The notes: generated by a model not told the origin, from the letters alone. Shown: positions 30,938 through 45,238, counted from the first letter of the stretch. The stretch is 64,000 bases of DNA from an uncultured delta proteobacterium (GCA_963723955.1 CAVRSU010000022.1:47004-111003); one strand, 5' to 3'. Translations and numbers: made by a program.

Positions 30938-31746
30938 CAGTTGGGCTCCACTTGGATCTCGGCCAGCAAACCAAAATGGTCCGAGGCATAGACCGAATCC
31001 GCGTCGGGCTTGTCGAAGACAATGGCGCAGGAATGAACGGTCCCGCGCCCGTCGCCGCGCATGGGGGTCACGAAGATGTAGTCGAGGCGACGGTCGGGTT
31101 CAAGAAACGCTAGTTTGGCCGTGTAGGGATTCGAGCGCGGCCAGGTCAGGCCTGGTTCGCCGGGATGCACGCGCTCCCAGGCGTCCTGAAAGTAGGTTCG
31201 CCGGCCCCCCAGCGTAACCAAGCCACGCAGGAAGCGGATTTCGTCCGACTCTGGCCGCGCATTGAAGTCCCCCATCAGAATCTGCGGCGAGTCGCAGGTC
31301 CGCCCAGCCAGGCTGGCTTCGATGGCCGACACCTGATCCTCGCGCTGCTTGCCGTGAGTCAGCCGATAGTTGAGATGGGTGGTGTGGACCCAGACGTTGC
31401 CGTGCTCGTTCTGAATGCGGGCCGAAAGAAGAATCCGCCGCTCCTTGGGCTCGGCGTGAGGCAATTCCAGCGCCGCATGTTCGACAATGGGTAGGCGAGA
31501 AAGAACGGCCAGGCCTTCGTGGCCACCGCCGAACGGTGTGGCGGGCGCGAAGACGTGATTGAATCCAGCAGCCCTGGCCAGCGTATCCGCTTGGTTGGAC
31601 AACTGCCCCGGCACCTCCTGAACTTCCTGCAGAGTCACGATATCCGGGGCAAGCGTGCGCAAGCCCGCAATTACAACCGCCATACGCCGTTCGAGCGGCG
31701 GTTCGGCCCCCCACAGATTCAGGGTGAGGCAGCGCAGAATCTTCAC
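30937..31746 (-). CDS. Endonuclease/exonuclease/phosphatase (EEP) family protein
   Basis: LNLWG, TLQEV, MGDFN, SDHFG motifs; its stop shares one base with the downstream start (TGATG). Confidence 0.75.
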   Translation of the reverse strand: MKILRCLTLNLWGAEPPLERRMAVVIAGLRTLAPDIVTLQEVQEVPGQLSNQADTLARAAGFNHVFAPATPFGGGHEGLAVLSRLPIVEHAALELPHAEPKERRILLSARIQNEHGNVWVHTTHLNYRLTHGKQREDQVSAIEASLAGRTCDSPQILMGDFNARPESDEIRFLRGLVTLGGRRTYFQDAWERVHPGEPGLTWPRSNPYTAKLAFLEPDRRLDYIFVTPMRGDGRGTVHSCAIVFDKPDADSVYASDHFGLLAEIQVEPN

Positions 31747-31758
31747 GCTCGCCCATCC

Positions 31759-32127
31759 CTAGCTGGCATCACCGTGGTAGGTACAGCACGAGTCGGCGGT
31801 CTCCCACACCGTCACCGCCGACAGGTGGGGAACCCGCTTGGCCATCGCGTCCCAAATGAAGGCACACAGATTTTCGCAGGTAGGATTGTCCAGCTCATGA
31901 ATGTCATTCAACGTGTGGTGGTCGAACTGCTTGAACAGACCGGCCCAAGCGTCGTCGATGACGGAAAAATCCACAACCCAGCCCGTGGTCGGGTCGACGG
32001 GACCACGTAGCGCGATCTCGACACGGTAGCTGTGACCGTGCATGCGCGAACACTTGTGTCCCGCCGGCACGCGTGGCAAGTGGTGGGCGGCCTCGAATGT
32101 GAAGATTTTCTTGAGATCGACTAGCAA
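31759..32127 (-). CDS. queD: 6-carboxytetrahydropterin synthase QueD / 6-pyruvoyl-tetrahydropterin synthase family
   Basis: FTFEAAHHLP, CSRMHGHSY motifs; 122 aa. Confidence 0.85.
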   Translation of the reverse strand: MLVDLKKIFTFEAAHHLPRVPAGHKCSRMHGHSYRVEIALRGPVDPTTGWVVDFSVIDDAWAGLFKQFDHHTLNDIHELDNPTCENLCAFIWDAMAKRVPHLSAVTVWETADSCCTYHGDAS

Positions 32128-32157
32128 AGCGGGAGGAAGTGTAGCACGCGCAGGGGC

Positions 32158-32865
32158 CTACCTGCCGGCGTAGCGCTTGAGTGCCGAGACCTGCACGATC
32201 TTGCCCTCGGGCAGGACAATTGCGCTGAGTTGCCTGCCGTAGACGCAGCCCGTATCGAGACCTGTGGCCAGGGGCTGCTGTTGCAGGCCGCGAACGGCGT
32301 CGTGGCCGAAGATCACCCACTCGGGACCGCGCCACTGAGCCGCCCAGGGAAAGTGAACCAGCAGGCGGCTGGTCGGCTCACCCGTGTCGGCGATGCTGCG
32401 TAGGGTCCGCAGGTGTTCCTGGCGCTGGTCTTCCACAGGGATCCCTGGCACCAGACCGGCGTGCACGACCAGGACTTCAGGTCCGCCCGGCCTGACGTCG
32501 CCGAGCCGAAGGTAGGGCGGCAAGGCATCGAGATAGGCCCAGTCGTCCGCGCCCAAACTGCGAAGGTAGCTGCGGCGGCCCTGCAAGCGCTCTTTGTCCG
32601 CGTCGTTCTTGTGGGCGAGCGCGAACGCATCGTGGTTTCCCAGCACGGCGAGGACGCTGTTTTCGCGCGCGAACTGAACGACGCCCTGGGAATCCGGGCC
32701 CTTGGCCACCAGATCGCCGGCCAGGACCAGCCGGTCGCCTTTGGCATAGCCACACTTGCGCAAAAGGAGCCGAAGCTCCTCCGCGCACCCGTGTACATCG
32801 CCAACGATGATTGTCCTCTGCATCGGATGGGGAATCATAGCAGTCACGGCAAATAGTCGAACCAT
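32158..32865 (-). CDS. PPP-family metallophosphatase (ApaH/PrpE-like)
   Basis: IVGDVHGC, AGDLVAKGPDS, LGNHD motifs; start uncertain (32823, 32838 or 32865; the ORF extends to 33030). Confidence 0.7.
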   Translation of the reverse strand: MVRLFAVTAMIPHPMQRTIIVGDVHGCAEELRLLLRKCGYAKGDRLVLAGDLVAKGPDSQGVVQFARENSVLAVLGNHDAFALAHKNDADKERLQGRRSYLRSLGADDWAYLDALPPYLRLGDVRPGGPEVLVVHAGLVPGIPVEDQRQEHLRTLRSIADTGEPTSRLLVHFPWAAQWRGPEWVIFGHDAVRGLQQQPLATGLDTGCVYGRQLSAIVLPEGKIVQVSALKRYAGR

Positions 32866-32937
32866 CGGGCAAAGCCCACCGGTATTCGCGCGAACTCCGC
32901 CATCGACATCGGCTCCGGGATCGCTCAAATTCTGGGT

Positions 32938-33885
32938 GTGAGAACAACGGTGGATACCCGGTCGCGCAGGCTGCGCGTCCTTGGACAGAACGAGCCGGGG
33001 ACGGTCGAAATCGGAGAGCGACCCCACCATCCACCATGGATCCGTGCGCGTCTGCCATCGGGCCCGGTCTACTTCGATTTACGCCAACGCGTGCACGCCC
33101 TCGGCCTCCATACCGTATGCGAGAGCGCCTCGTGCCCCAACCTGGGCGAATGCTGGAACGAGAAGTCCTTGACCATCATGATTCTGGGCGGCCTGTGCAC
33201 GCGCTCGTGCAAGTTCTGCGATGTCCCCACCGGCAAGCCGCTGCCACCCGACCCTGACGAGCCCGCTCGCGTGGCCGAGATCCTTTCCGAGCTGGGCCTT
33301 GCCCACACCGTCATCACGTGCGTGACCCGCGACGATCTTGCCGACGGTGGGGCCTCCCACTGGGCCGCCACCATCCGGGCCGTCAAGGAGCGCTGTCCGG
33401 ACATGGTGCTGGAGGCACTGGTCAGCGATTTCAAGGGCGACACGGGGGCCGTCGACGTCGTCCTGGCCGCAGGCCCGCATGTCTTCGCCCACAACCTGGA
33501 AACCGTGCCACGCCTGGCGCGCCAGGTGCGCGTGCAGGCCAGCGTCGAGCGCTCCCTGGCCGTCCTTGCGCACGCCCAGGCGCGAGGAGCCCTCACCAAG
33601 AGCGGGCTCATGCTCGGCCTGGGCGAGAGCCTCGACGAAGTGCGTGCGGTCATGCGCGACCTGCGTGCAGCCGGCGTGGCCATCTTGACCCTGGGCCAGT
33701 ATTTGCGGCCCTCGCGACAGCACCTGTCCGTCGAGCGCCACGTGACACCCGACGAATTCCGCCAGCTCAAGGACGAAGCCCTGGCCATGGGCTTCGCCCA
33801 CGTCGAGTCCGGTCCCCTGGTGCGCTCGAGCTATCACGCCTCGAACCAACACGACCTGGTCAAGGAGAGAGCACGGAGCCGATAG
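32938..33885 (+). CDS. lipA: Lipoyl synthase
   Basis: CESASCPNLGECW and radical-SAM CTRSCKFC motifs; start uncertain. Confidence 0.9.
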   Translation: MRTTVDTRSRRLRVLGQNEPGTVEIGERPHHPPWIRARLPSGPVYFDLRQRVHALGLHTVCESASCPNLGECWNEKSLTIMILGGLCTRSCKFCDVPTGKPLPPDPDEPARVAEILSELGLAHTVITCVTRDDLADGGASHWAATIRAVKERCPDMVLEALVSDFKGDTGAVDVVLAAGPHVFAHNLETVPRLARQVRVQASVERSLAVLAHAQARGALTKSGLMLGLGESLDEVRAVMRDLRAAGVAILTLGQYLRPSRQHLSVERHVTPDEFRQLKDEALAMGFAHVESGPLVRSSYHASNQHDLVKERARSR

Positions 33886-33948
33886 AGGGCACGGAACCCC
33901 CTTTCCAGTCTCTGCGACCTCCTGCCCAACCTCTGTGCCCTCAGTTCC

Positions 33949-35224
33949 TCAAACCAAGTCCGCTTCGGCGCGCGCAATCTGGTCTTCCATGCGCCGCTGT
34001 TCGGCCCCGAGGTCGCTGCGCCCCAGAAAGGCCGTGTAGCTCATGAACGCGGTCAGGTAGGAGGAGATCCTTGGCCCAAGCAGGCAGGTATGTCGGTTCG
34101 CTCACCAAGCCCTCGCGCGCCAGGCGGTCGAACAGTGGAGTATCGTCGACCGCCAGCTTGCCCACGAAGAGCATCCGAACCAGCTGGCTTTGTCCCTTGA
34201 CCAGGGCCATGCGCAGAAAATTGGTTACGCGCAGAAGCCCGTCGAGGTAGCAACCATCCTTGGTGAAGGGCGCCCCGCCCTCCATGAGCCCGCCGCGCAT
34301 CACCCGGCGCGCGCAGTCGAACGCGGTGTGCTCGTCGAGGCCGCGCTCGCGGAAGAATCCATAGATGTCGAGGAAGTTCGCGCCTTCCTCGGCCATGTGG
34401 ATCGCCCGCGTTCGATCGCACAGACGCCGGACACGTGAAAGGCCGACGGAGCCGGTGATGAACTCCGTGAACACCGCCAGACCTTCCTGTGTCCGCGACG
34501 ATCGCGGCGAGGGCGCCCCGATGAACGGGATCACCTCCTGGGCACGACCATTGAGCGTGGTTGCCATGTGGACCTGACCTTCGTGGCATTCGATCTGGCG
34601 CACATCGCGCGGCGAGAAGCGGGCATCGCTCTTGAGCCTGACTTCGGCGACGGTGCTTGATGCCGAAGCCGCCAGGTGGTCGACGACCCGTACCTTGACG
34701 GGATGGTTCGTGAAAAATGCGGCGAAACGAGCGCGCAGGGTTTCGGCAGCCTCCTCGGCGCCGAGCGTGGGCTGGTCCACCGCCGAGAGCGGCGGCGAGA
34801 ACCCCGCAATCACCTGCTCGAAGTGACTTGCAAGATCCAGGTTGGTCGTGCGCTTGTCGGAAGAAAGGCCGGCCGGGCGGCCATAGAGCTCGACCGAGTG
34901 GTGGTAGAAATCGCGGCTGCCGATGCTGTGGAGCATGCGCGCGGCCGTGGACAAGGCCACGCAGGTTTCTCGCAGAAATCGCTCGATCTCGTTGTCGCCA
35001 TCCAACCGACGCGCCAGGTTCTGGAAGACCGTGCCCGCCTCCGCCACGCCGGCCGGGACGTGGTAGGTGGGCTTGGGCAGGACGGAGGCGTTGCGCGCGA
35101 AAAACTCGCGCTCGACTTCGTCAGGCCAGGTCAGGGCCGGAATCACGCGCACAGGCTTCTGCGCCTCGTTGATTTCGGACGAGACCTCGCGTAGCAGTGC
35201 TACCAGTCGTCCCGAGATCGGCAT
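33949..35224 (-). CDS. DUF1704 / QEGLA-motif (flavohemoglobin expression-modulating) protein, C-terminal frameshift near 34070
   Basis: SSRTQEGLAVFTEF motif; after AWAKD the natural-looking tail ISSYLTAFMSYTAFLG...EADLV continues in another frame and stops at 33949. Confidence 0.65.
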
Positions 35225-35247
35225 GGGTGGACCGCCTGCGGATGCGT

Positions 35248-36162
35248 CTAGCCGCCGCCGACCCGGCGTCCAGGCGGCACCGAGTACGTGATCCAAGCGT
35301 TGGCCCCAACCATGGCGCCCTTGCCGATCACGGTGTCGCCGCCCAGGATGGTGGCGTTGGCGTAGATGACCACGTCGTCCTCGATGGTTGGGTGGCGCTG
35401 GGGCACGACGGGCTTACCACCATCCTTGGACACCGCCTTCTGACGCTTGATGGACAGCGCACCCAGGGTCACGCCCTGATAGATGCGCACCGAGTTTCCG
35501 ATGTGCGTGGTCTCGCCGATGACGATGCCCGTCCCGTGATCGATGAAGAGCGGCGAGCCGATGGTGGCCCCGGGGTGAATATCGATGCCCGTGCGGCCGT
35601 GCGCGTGCTCCGTCATCATGCGGGGCAAAAGCTCGCCGCCCTCGCGCAAAAGGCGATTGGCGGCGCGAAACACGGCGATGGCGTAGAGGCCCGGGTAGCA
35701 GGCGACGACTTCGTCCGTGCCCGTGGCGGCGGGATCGGCCTCGAAGGCGATCTGAACGTCTTGGGCAAGGATCGCGCGTAGTTCGGGCAATGCCGCCAGG
35801 GTGCGCGCGGTCACGGCGCGCGCCTTGCGCCTACACGTATCCCTCGCCTGTGCCTTGCCACTGTGTAGACGGTGCGCGGTCAGGAACAGAGCATCTTCCA
35901 AACGGGATTCCAGATCCGCGAGGACCTCGGCCAGCCGTTCGCGAGCGTCGTCATCGGAAAACCCGTCGACCAATCTGGTGCGTCGGGTACCGGGGAGGAT
36001 GACGGACAGGAAATCGTTCACGATGACAGCGATTTCATCGGGCGAAGGCAAGGCACCAGAGAGTATCGCTTCGCCGGCCCTTCTGCCCATGCGCAGGATG
36101 CGGCTAGCTAGTTCACGATGGAATTTCGTCGGGTGGTTCTTCGGATCCGTCGCCATAGCCAA
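35248..36162 (-). CDS. cysE: Serine O-acetyltransferase
   Basis: Left-handed beta-helix hexapeptide repeats ([43 protein letters not shown]). Confidence 0.8.
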   Translation of the reverse strand: MAMATDPKNHPTKFHRELASRILRMGRRAGEAILSGALPSPDEIAVIVNDFLSVILPGTRRTRLVDGFSDDDARERLAEVLADLESRLEDALFLTAHRLHSGKAQARDTCRRKARAVTARTLAALPELRAILAQDVQIAFEADPAATGTDEVVACYPGLYAIAVFRAANRLLREGGELLPRMMTEHAHGRTGIDIHPGATIGSPLFIDHGTGIVIGETTHIGNSVRIYQGVTLGALSIKRQKAVSKDGGKPVVPQRHPTIEDDVVIYANATILGGDTVIGKGAMVGANAWITYSVPPGRRVGGG

Positions 36163-36211
36163 AATCTACCCTCATGTGGGTCAAAGAGCCGACAGGAATC
36201 GCACCACGAAA

Positions 36212-36839
36212 TCAACCGGTCTTGGTCGGGCGTCGAAGCAGGATGGCCAGCGCTCCGTCGCCGCCGCGCGCGGGCGAGGCGGTAGAGAAGCCCAGAACGT
36301 GTGCGCGTGTCTGGCGGCCACACAGCACCTAATGGCGACATCGCGAAGCACGGGCCCGCCGCCGATCCGAGTGCAGCCCGCGACCGCAGATGACCAGCAC
36401 CGCCCGACTGCCCCCGATTGCCGAGTCGCGAACGAATTGCTGGATGCGGCGCCGGGCCGCCTCGGCGCCAAGGCCGTGCAGGTCGCACGTGCTTTCGGCG
36501 CGAATATCGCCCCGCGCGAGCGCGCGCAAGGTTTCGCGGGAAACGCCATGGCTCGCGCCCGTGATGCCTCCATCTTGACGGTCGACAATCAGCGCGTCGC
36601 CAACGCGCGATGCGTGCTTCGCGCCGGCGTCGCCCACCTTCGGCGCCGTGCTCGCTCCCCTCCGGCAAGACCCGGTCGCTCCCTTTTCGCAGGGGCGCCA
36701 CGTCCGCGAACTCCTTCTCGAATAGCCGGCGATCCTCCTCGCTAAGCTCCGAGCCACACCCCTCCCCTTTCGGGTTCTGACTGGGACGGCGGCTTGCGTG
36801 AGGACATGTTGGCGACTGCCCACGGGACTCTACCGCCAA
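36212..36839 (-). pseudogene. Smr (MutS2-type) domain protein, at least three frame changes in about 450 nt
   Basis: EEDRRLFEKEFADVAPL, then DLHGLGAEAARRRIQQF...VLVICGRGLHS, then GGGPVLRDVAI, then VLGFSTASPARGGDGALAILLRR, each in a different frame. Confidence 0.5.
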
Positions 36840-36885
36840 GAGTGGCCCTCCGTGCCCTCTGAATCCTCCGTGCTCTCTTCTCGAT

Positions 36886-39259
36886 CTACTTGGACGGCTT
36901 GGCCGCCGGTCCCTTTTCGTCGAGGTAGAAGAGAACCCAGGCCAGAGGCGCGTTCCAGTTGATGGTGATCTCGTTGGTCGACCACGATTCGATGTTGTCG
37001 GCGAAGCACTTCTCGGCGGCGCAGTCGAACATGTTGGCGGCCTTGACGTAGGGATCTTGCAGGCCCGAGTTGGGGCCGCCCGAGACCGCGCCAGGCGGTG
37101 CGTGGGGGAACTTATTGTTCGACTGGTAGGCCCAAAATCGGTGGTGCGGATTCACCAGGGGTTTGCTGCCGTAGCCGGTGACGTAGGACTGGTCCATTGC
37201 GTTGCGGCCCAGGATGTAGTCCATGCCGGCCGCGACGGCATTCAGGTACTTGCGCGCATCGGTGAAGTCCGCGGCCAGCCCGAGAATGATCAGGTTGTTG
37301 AGCAAAAACGAGTTCGAGCCCCAGGGCGCCTTGTCTTCCTCGCCCCAGTCGATGGGGACGCGGAAGCCCCGCTTCTTGAGGATAGCCATATAGCTGTCGG
37401 CGGCGGCGACCACGGCGTTGCGCGCGGTCTTCTGATCCGTCGCTGGCATCGCGCCAGGAACCACGGCCAGCGAGATGGTGCCCAGCGCCGCAACTTCCTG
37501 CCAGGTCATGCTCGATGGAATGCCCATCGCCCTCGCCGTCGCGCAGGTGGGTGGTCACCTTCAGGTAGTTCGGCGACGAGACCAGGTACTGACGATACTC
37601 GGGCCGCTCGGTGGTGATGAACAGCTCGGCCGCCGCCCAGTAGAACTCATCCTCGACGTGCTTGTCTTCGTAGGGCCCGCCGCCCTCGCCGCCCGCCTTG
37701 GCGAGGATCCTGGGGTTTGCGGCCGCTGCAGCCCACGCCCTCTCGGCCGCAGCAATACAGCGCGCCGAGAACTTGGGATCGATTGTCCGCCAGATGCGGC
37801 CGGCCTGGGCCGCCACCGCCGCCAGATTCAGGGTCGCCGCCGTCGAGACCGGGTACAGAAAGCGCGGCATCGGATCTTCGTGTGGGGCGAGCCCAAGCGC
37901 GGTCCACGCCTTGTCGTGGATCTTGTGGTGCACCATGCCCGCCTTGGGCTGTCCTGCGGGCACCTGCATTTTGAGCAAGAATTCCAGCTCCCAGCGTGCC
38001 TCGTCGAGTAGATCGGGCACACCGTTCTTGCGCTCGGGAATGTTCATGGTGCCATCGGCGACCGCGGCCGTGGACTTGCCGATGAACTGGCTGCGCTCAT
38101 AGAGATTGAGCAGCGTCCACACCGAGATGCCGCCATTGACCATGTACTTGCCGTGATCGCCGGCGTCGTACCAACCGCCGCTGACGTCCAGACTGTAGGA
38201 ACAGCCCGAGCTCGGCGCGCAGGGAACGCTCTTGTCCGAAAGGTGTCCGGCCGGCCGCACCCACTGTTCGCCGCCGGCAAAGGGCATCGCGATCTCGATG
38301 CCCGATCGGTTGTGATAGAAATACGAAAGCGCGTCGTACTTCAGCTTGTGGTAAATGCCCGCGCCGATCTCGAACGGTCGGCTGCGATCCGCGCCGACCG
38401 CCAAGGTGAAGCCGCGGCCCGTGCCCTTGTACGCGGTGAAGTCGACGATATGGACCACGTCGCCCGAGGGGACATCCAGGCCCGCCGGCTGCGACTTGCC
38501 AAAGGCCGCCTCACGCCCTTCGGCCGTAAAAAGCTTCCAATCGAGCTGCTGTTTCGCATCCGAGCGCAGGGTCGCCAGCTTGGCCAGGTTGGTGAAGTAG
38601 CCCACCTGGTTGACGAGAATCTTCGCCGCAACCTCGGTCTTGCCCTTGGGCGGCCGATTGAACTGCGCGTCCTCCAGGCGAACGTCGTCGATGCAGATGG
38701 TGAAGGGGCTGTGCGTCCCATCGGCCAGCCGTCCGCCCACGTGAAAGGTGAACTCGGCGCTGGGATCGTCCGTCCCGCTCTTCTTGAATTTGCCGGTGTA
38801 CCTGTGCGGCGTCTGGTCGACCTTGATCTCCTGGAACCAGTACTCGGCAAAGGGCGGTCCCTGCATGCCGACCTTGGGCCGAATCTGGGTCGGCTGCGAG
38901 GCGAAGGCGCGAAAACTGATGCGATAGAGATGGCCGGCCTGAATCGTCATCTCGCGATGGCGAACCTGCGCGTCCCAATTGTTGTTGCCTCGGTTGTCGA
39001 TGCGCAAGCAAAGCGCGCCGTCGACAACGCCGACCTCACCACGGGCTGGGTCGGAAAAGGAAGGCGTCCACGGCAAACTGGTGCCGTCCTCGAAGGTTGC
39101 GTTTGCGATCAGGTTGTGAGGATTGATGGCGATGTCGCCAGGAACGGCGGCGAATTCATCGGAATTGCCGCCGCTCGCACCTTCATTTCTTCGGGTCTCT
39201 CCGATGGGAACGCAGGCTGCAATCCCAATCAACCAAGGAAGCAGCCTGGCTAGCCGCAT
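36886..39259 (-). CDS. Glycoside hydrolase family 9 endoglucanase with N-terminal CBM4-like and Ig-like modules, one frameshift near 37530
   Basis: Signal [16 protein letters not shown]; [14 protein letters not shown]9 motif; C-terminal third ([26 protein letters not shown]) in ORF 36886-37527. Confidence 0.85.
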
Positions 39260-39263
39260 CCAC

Positions 39264-41174
39264 CTACCACCACATCTGCGCCCACAGCGAGACCACGTGC
39301 TTGTCGGGAACCGTGTTGAGGCCGGCGCTGCCAATGCTCCAGGTGCCGTACTGGCCGTAGGGCCACGGCATGACGCCGGCGTTTCCAGGGGTGACGGCAG
39401 CGGACTTGCTTGGATCGGTATAATCAGCACCGTACTTGTAGTAACTGTACTGAAGCACGACCGCTTCGTGCGTGACGAACTCGCTGCGGAAGACGAGGCG
39501 CGGGGAGAAGACGTAGAATGTCTGGTGACTGTCGCTCATGTTGGGATTCACGCTGTCGACACGCAGACCAGCCGCCATCATCGGCATGAACGAATACACG
39601 AGGTCCAAACCGCCCTTGAATTTGGTCACGTCGTCCAAGCCATTGGGTGTTCCCACCACCTTGTTGTACATGAAGAACGGACGAATCGTGATGTCGGTGG
39701 CCTGGCCCCAGAACGGACGCGGGCGCATCATGAAGGCCGCCAAGCTGAAGGTGTACTGTCCCGCGATCGTGTGAACCTCGCCGTCGCCGCCTTGCCCCGC
39801 TTGGTATGCCGAGGGGAAGTAGTTCTGCGTGAACTGCCAGCCGCCCTGCGAGTGGAGCACCTCGATCGAATCGTTGATGGTCAGGGCGTTCTTGGCCTTG
39901 ATGTACGAGTAACCGATGTAGCCATCGCCCATCCAACCGCCATCGAGCTTGAAGTCGATGCCGGCGACCTGGATGTAGCCGTAGCCGGGAACGAAACCGT
40001 AGCCGGGATAGGTCGCCGTAGTACCGTTCGACGTACCACCAGTCGTGGCAACGTTCCAGCGCTTGTCCTGGACAAACGACCCGATGTAGTGGACCTGGGC
40101 GGTAAGAATGCCATTGATGACGGCGCCGGCGTGGAAGTGGCCGAGCATGTTGGTGCCCTCCTGGGTCTTGTTGCCCGGGAAGGGTTGCCACGACGGGTAG
40201 TTGTAGCAGGCCGCGCCCGCATTGTCCGCGGTGCAGGGGTTCTGCTGGTACACCGCGCCCCCGTTCTCGTAGGTCTGGTACTGCTGGTCGACCTTGGCGC
40301 CGAAGCCGCCTTCGAAGATGAGCTTGACGTCGTCCGAGACTTCCATGTCCGCGGTCGCAGTGGCGCCGGCCAAACGCGTGCGACCGATGATGTAGGTCTC
40401 GTATTCACCGGCGTCGTACTTGCCCATGGCGCCATAGCGGTTCGAGAAGATACCGACGTCCCACGCCATGCCGCCCGCGTTGCCGAGCGCTTCGGGGAAC
40501 TTCAAGGTGAGGAACGCGCGGTCAATGCCGAGCTGATCCTGCAGCTCGCGCCAGCCGCCCGAGGTGATGTTGTAGCTGGCGATCGAGGTGGTCATCATGA
40601 CCCTCTGGTTGCCGTACTGGAAGAGCAGCTCGGCCCAGGGGCCGGGGCTGATGTTGGTGTACGACCAGCGCGTGTAGTTGCCGTCGGGAACGACGGGGGG
40701 CGCGTGGAACTGGAGCGAGTTGGCGGTCAGGCTGGGGCTGCCACTCGGGCCCAGCCTCCCGCTGGTGTCGATGCCGATGCGCATCGGGGCGCGGAAGAAG
40801 CCCTTGAACTTGAAGCCCCAGTCCTTCTCCGAGGTCGAATCGCCCACATCGGCGGCACCACCGATGGTCGTGGTCTGCGTATTGAGACCGGAGGACTCGA
40901 TGCTCCGCTTCTTCTGCGCCTTGGGCGCTTCTGCCACAGCCTCTTCTTCTGGTGGCGGCGGCGCGGGTACGGCCACCGGTGCTGCTGCTTCGTCAGCCTT
41001 CGCGGCAGCGGGCACGGGGATCGCGGCGGGCGGATTTCCGGGCTTGCCACTCTCGATGAGGCTGTCATCGGAAGCTGGGGCTTTGGCTGGAGCCGGGGCT
41101 TTGGTTTGGGCCACCGCAGCGCCTGCTAATAGGAGGGTTCCGAGAAAGGCCGTGGATTGAATTGAACGCAACAT
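39264..41174 (-). CDS. Putative outer-membrane beta-barrel protein (porin-like), co-transcribed with the GH9 gene
   Basis: Signal peptide [23 protein letters not shown]; Gly/aromatic-rich alternating pattern; terminal ...LWAQMWW; stop 4 nt before the GH9 start. Confidence 0.55.
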   Translation of the reverse strand: MLRSIQSTAFLGTLLLAGAAVAQTKAPAPAKAPASDDSLIESGKPGNPPAAIPVPAAAKADEAAAPVAVPAPPPPEEEAVAEAPKAQKKRSIESSGLNTQTTTIGGAADVGDSTSEKDWGFKFKGFFRAPMRIGIDTSGRLGPSGSPSLTANSLQFHAPPVVPDGNYTRWSYTNISPGPWAELLFQYGNQRVMMTTSIASYNITSGGWRELQDQLGIDRAFLTLKFPEALGNAGGMAWDVGIFSNRYGAMGKYDAGEYETYIIGRTRLAGATATADMEVSDDVKLIFEGGFGAKVDQQYQTYENGGAVYQQNPCTADNAGAACYNYPSWQPFPGNKTQEGTNMLGHFHAGAVINGILTAQVHYIGSFVQDKRWNVATTGGTSNGTTATYPGYGFVPGYGYIQVAGIDFKLDGGWMGDGYIGYSYIKAKNALTINDSIEVLHSQGGWQFTQNYFPSAYQAGQGGDGEVHTIAGQYTFSLAAFMMRPRPFWGQATDITIRPFFMYNKVVGTPNGLDDVTKFKGGLDLVYSFMPMMAAGLRVDSVNPNMSDSHQTFYVFSPRLVFRSEFVTHEAVVLQYSYYKYGADYTDPSKSAAVTPGNAGVMPWPYGQYGTWSIGSAGLNTVPDKHVVSLWAQMWW

Positions 41175-41458
41175 GGTCACTCCCGAGGTTGATAACAGGG
41201 GGCGACGGGCCCCCGCTGGATGATGGAAACCAGAACCGCCATTCCGGCCCTGGGTCTAGAGGTATTGGTCTTGTCGCCCATGCCCGGCTGTCGTGCTTCT
41301 ATTGCAGTTCCAAACAAGCGAGCTTCGCGGGATGGGAAACGAGAAACGCTGCCACTATCGGAAAAATTGAGCACTAGCACCGAATCGACGCGGGACTGTA
41401 CACGAGGTTCTGGATTTTGTATACGCTCCCCGCGCCCCCGGGACGCCTGCGGAGCCTA

Positions 41459-44460
<3,002 letters not shown>

Positions 44461-44461
44461 C

Positions 44462-45229
44462 TCAGGGTCTCCTTAGTAGCATTGACACCTGCTCCACTGG
44501 TAGGTCAAGGGCCGTCATGCGGCGAACGTCACTATCCACCGCGGACAACGCGGCGCGCACCGCCGCGCGCACAACGTCATCGGCGAATTGAGTCTCCGCC
44601 CACAAGGCGAAGATACGTTCCCAGCCTTTGTGGTTGTCGAGCTGGACCGAGTCAGGCAGAAGCACGCGCGCGCCAGCGTCGATGCGCACGCCGACCAAGG
44701 CGTGCTCTTCGTAGTAGGGGAAAACCTTGCCCTGGTCGTCGACCCCGAATATCAGAAGGTAGCCAGGCCTGTCGTTGCTGTAGGCGAAGCGCAAGCGGTC
44801 GCCCTCGAGAAAGTCTCCGCCCTCCACCACGGGGAAGACCGTGTCCCCGCGCTTGCAATAGGTCTCGACGATGAGTCGGCCCTTGATGGCGGTTCCGCGG
44901 TGGTCTCCGGTGCCGTTCGTGAGCAAGGCGGGCCGAGCGATGAGCAGCAAAGCCGCCGCTGCCGGGACCAGAAAAACCGGCGCGAGGAAGCGCAGCCAGC
45001 GCTGCCTGCGCCTGCGCTGCCGGGCCACTTCCAGAATGTTGCGCGCAGCCCGAAGACTGGCCTCGGCCGGATCGGCGCCAAGCAACAGCGAGCGCGCATT
45101 GGAAATGTCGGCCAGCACGGCGGAGCAACGCCCGCAACCCCCCACGTGGGAGACAAATTCAGCAGGGCGCTCGGGCTCGGGATGGGCTTCCCAGCGCGAA
45201 AGTTCAAGGCGTGAAGGGCAGGCAGACAT
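44462..45229 (-). CDS. Anti-sigma factor: zf-HC2, one TM helix, periplasmic DUF4384-like domain
   Basis: HVGGCGRC (Hx3Cx2C); TM WLRFLAPVFLVPAAAALLLI; GDRLRFAYSNDRPGYLLIFGVDDQGKVFPYY. Confidence 0.7.
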   Translation of the reverse strand: MSACPSRLELSRWEAHPEPERPAEFVSHVGGCGRCSAVLADISNARSLLLGADPAEASLRAARNILEVARQRRRRQRWLRFLAPVFLVPAAAALLLIARPALLTNGTGDHRGTAIKGRLIVETYCKRGDTVFPVVEGGDFLEGDRLRFAYSNDRPGYLLIFGVDDQGKVFPYYEEHALVGVRIDAGARVLLPDSVQLDNHKGWERIFALWAETQFADDVVRAAVRAALSAVDSDVRRMTALDLPVEQVSMLLRRP

Positions 45230-45238
45230 CGTCGCTCC

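Noticed and set aside
39123-41129. 668-aa plus-strand ORF antisense to the porin-like gene
   Set aside because: Typical high-GC antisense ORF: Arg/Gly/Ala/Val-rich, no motifs, and it fully overlaps a better-supported minus-strand gene. The same reasoning applies to 1780-2913, 2941-4380, 12943-14061, 13460-14584, 15623-16867, 38153-39253, 57101-58159 and 58248-59108.
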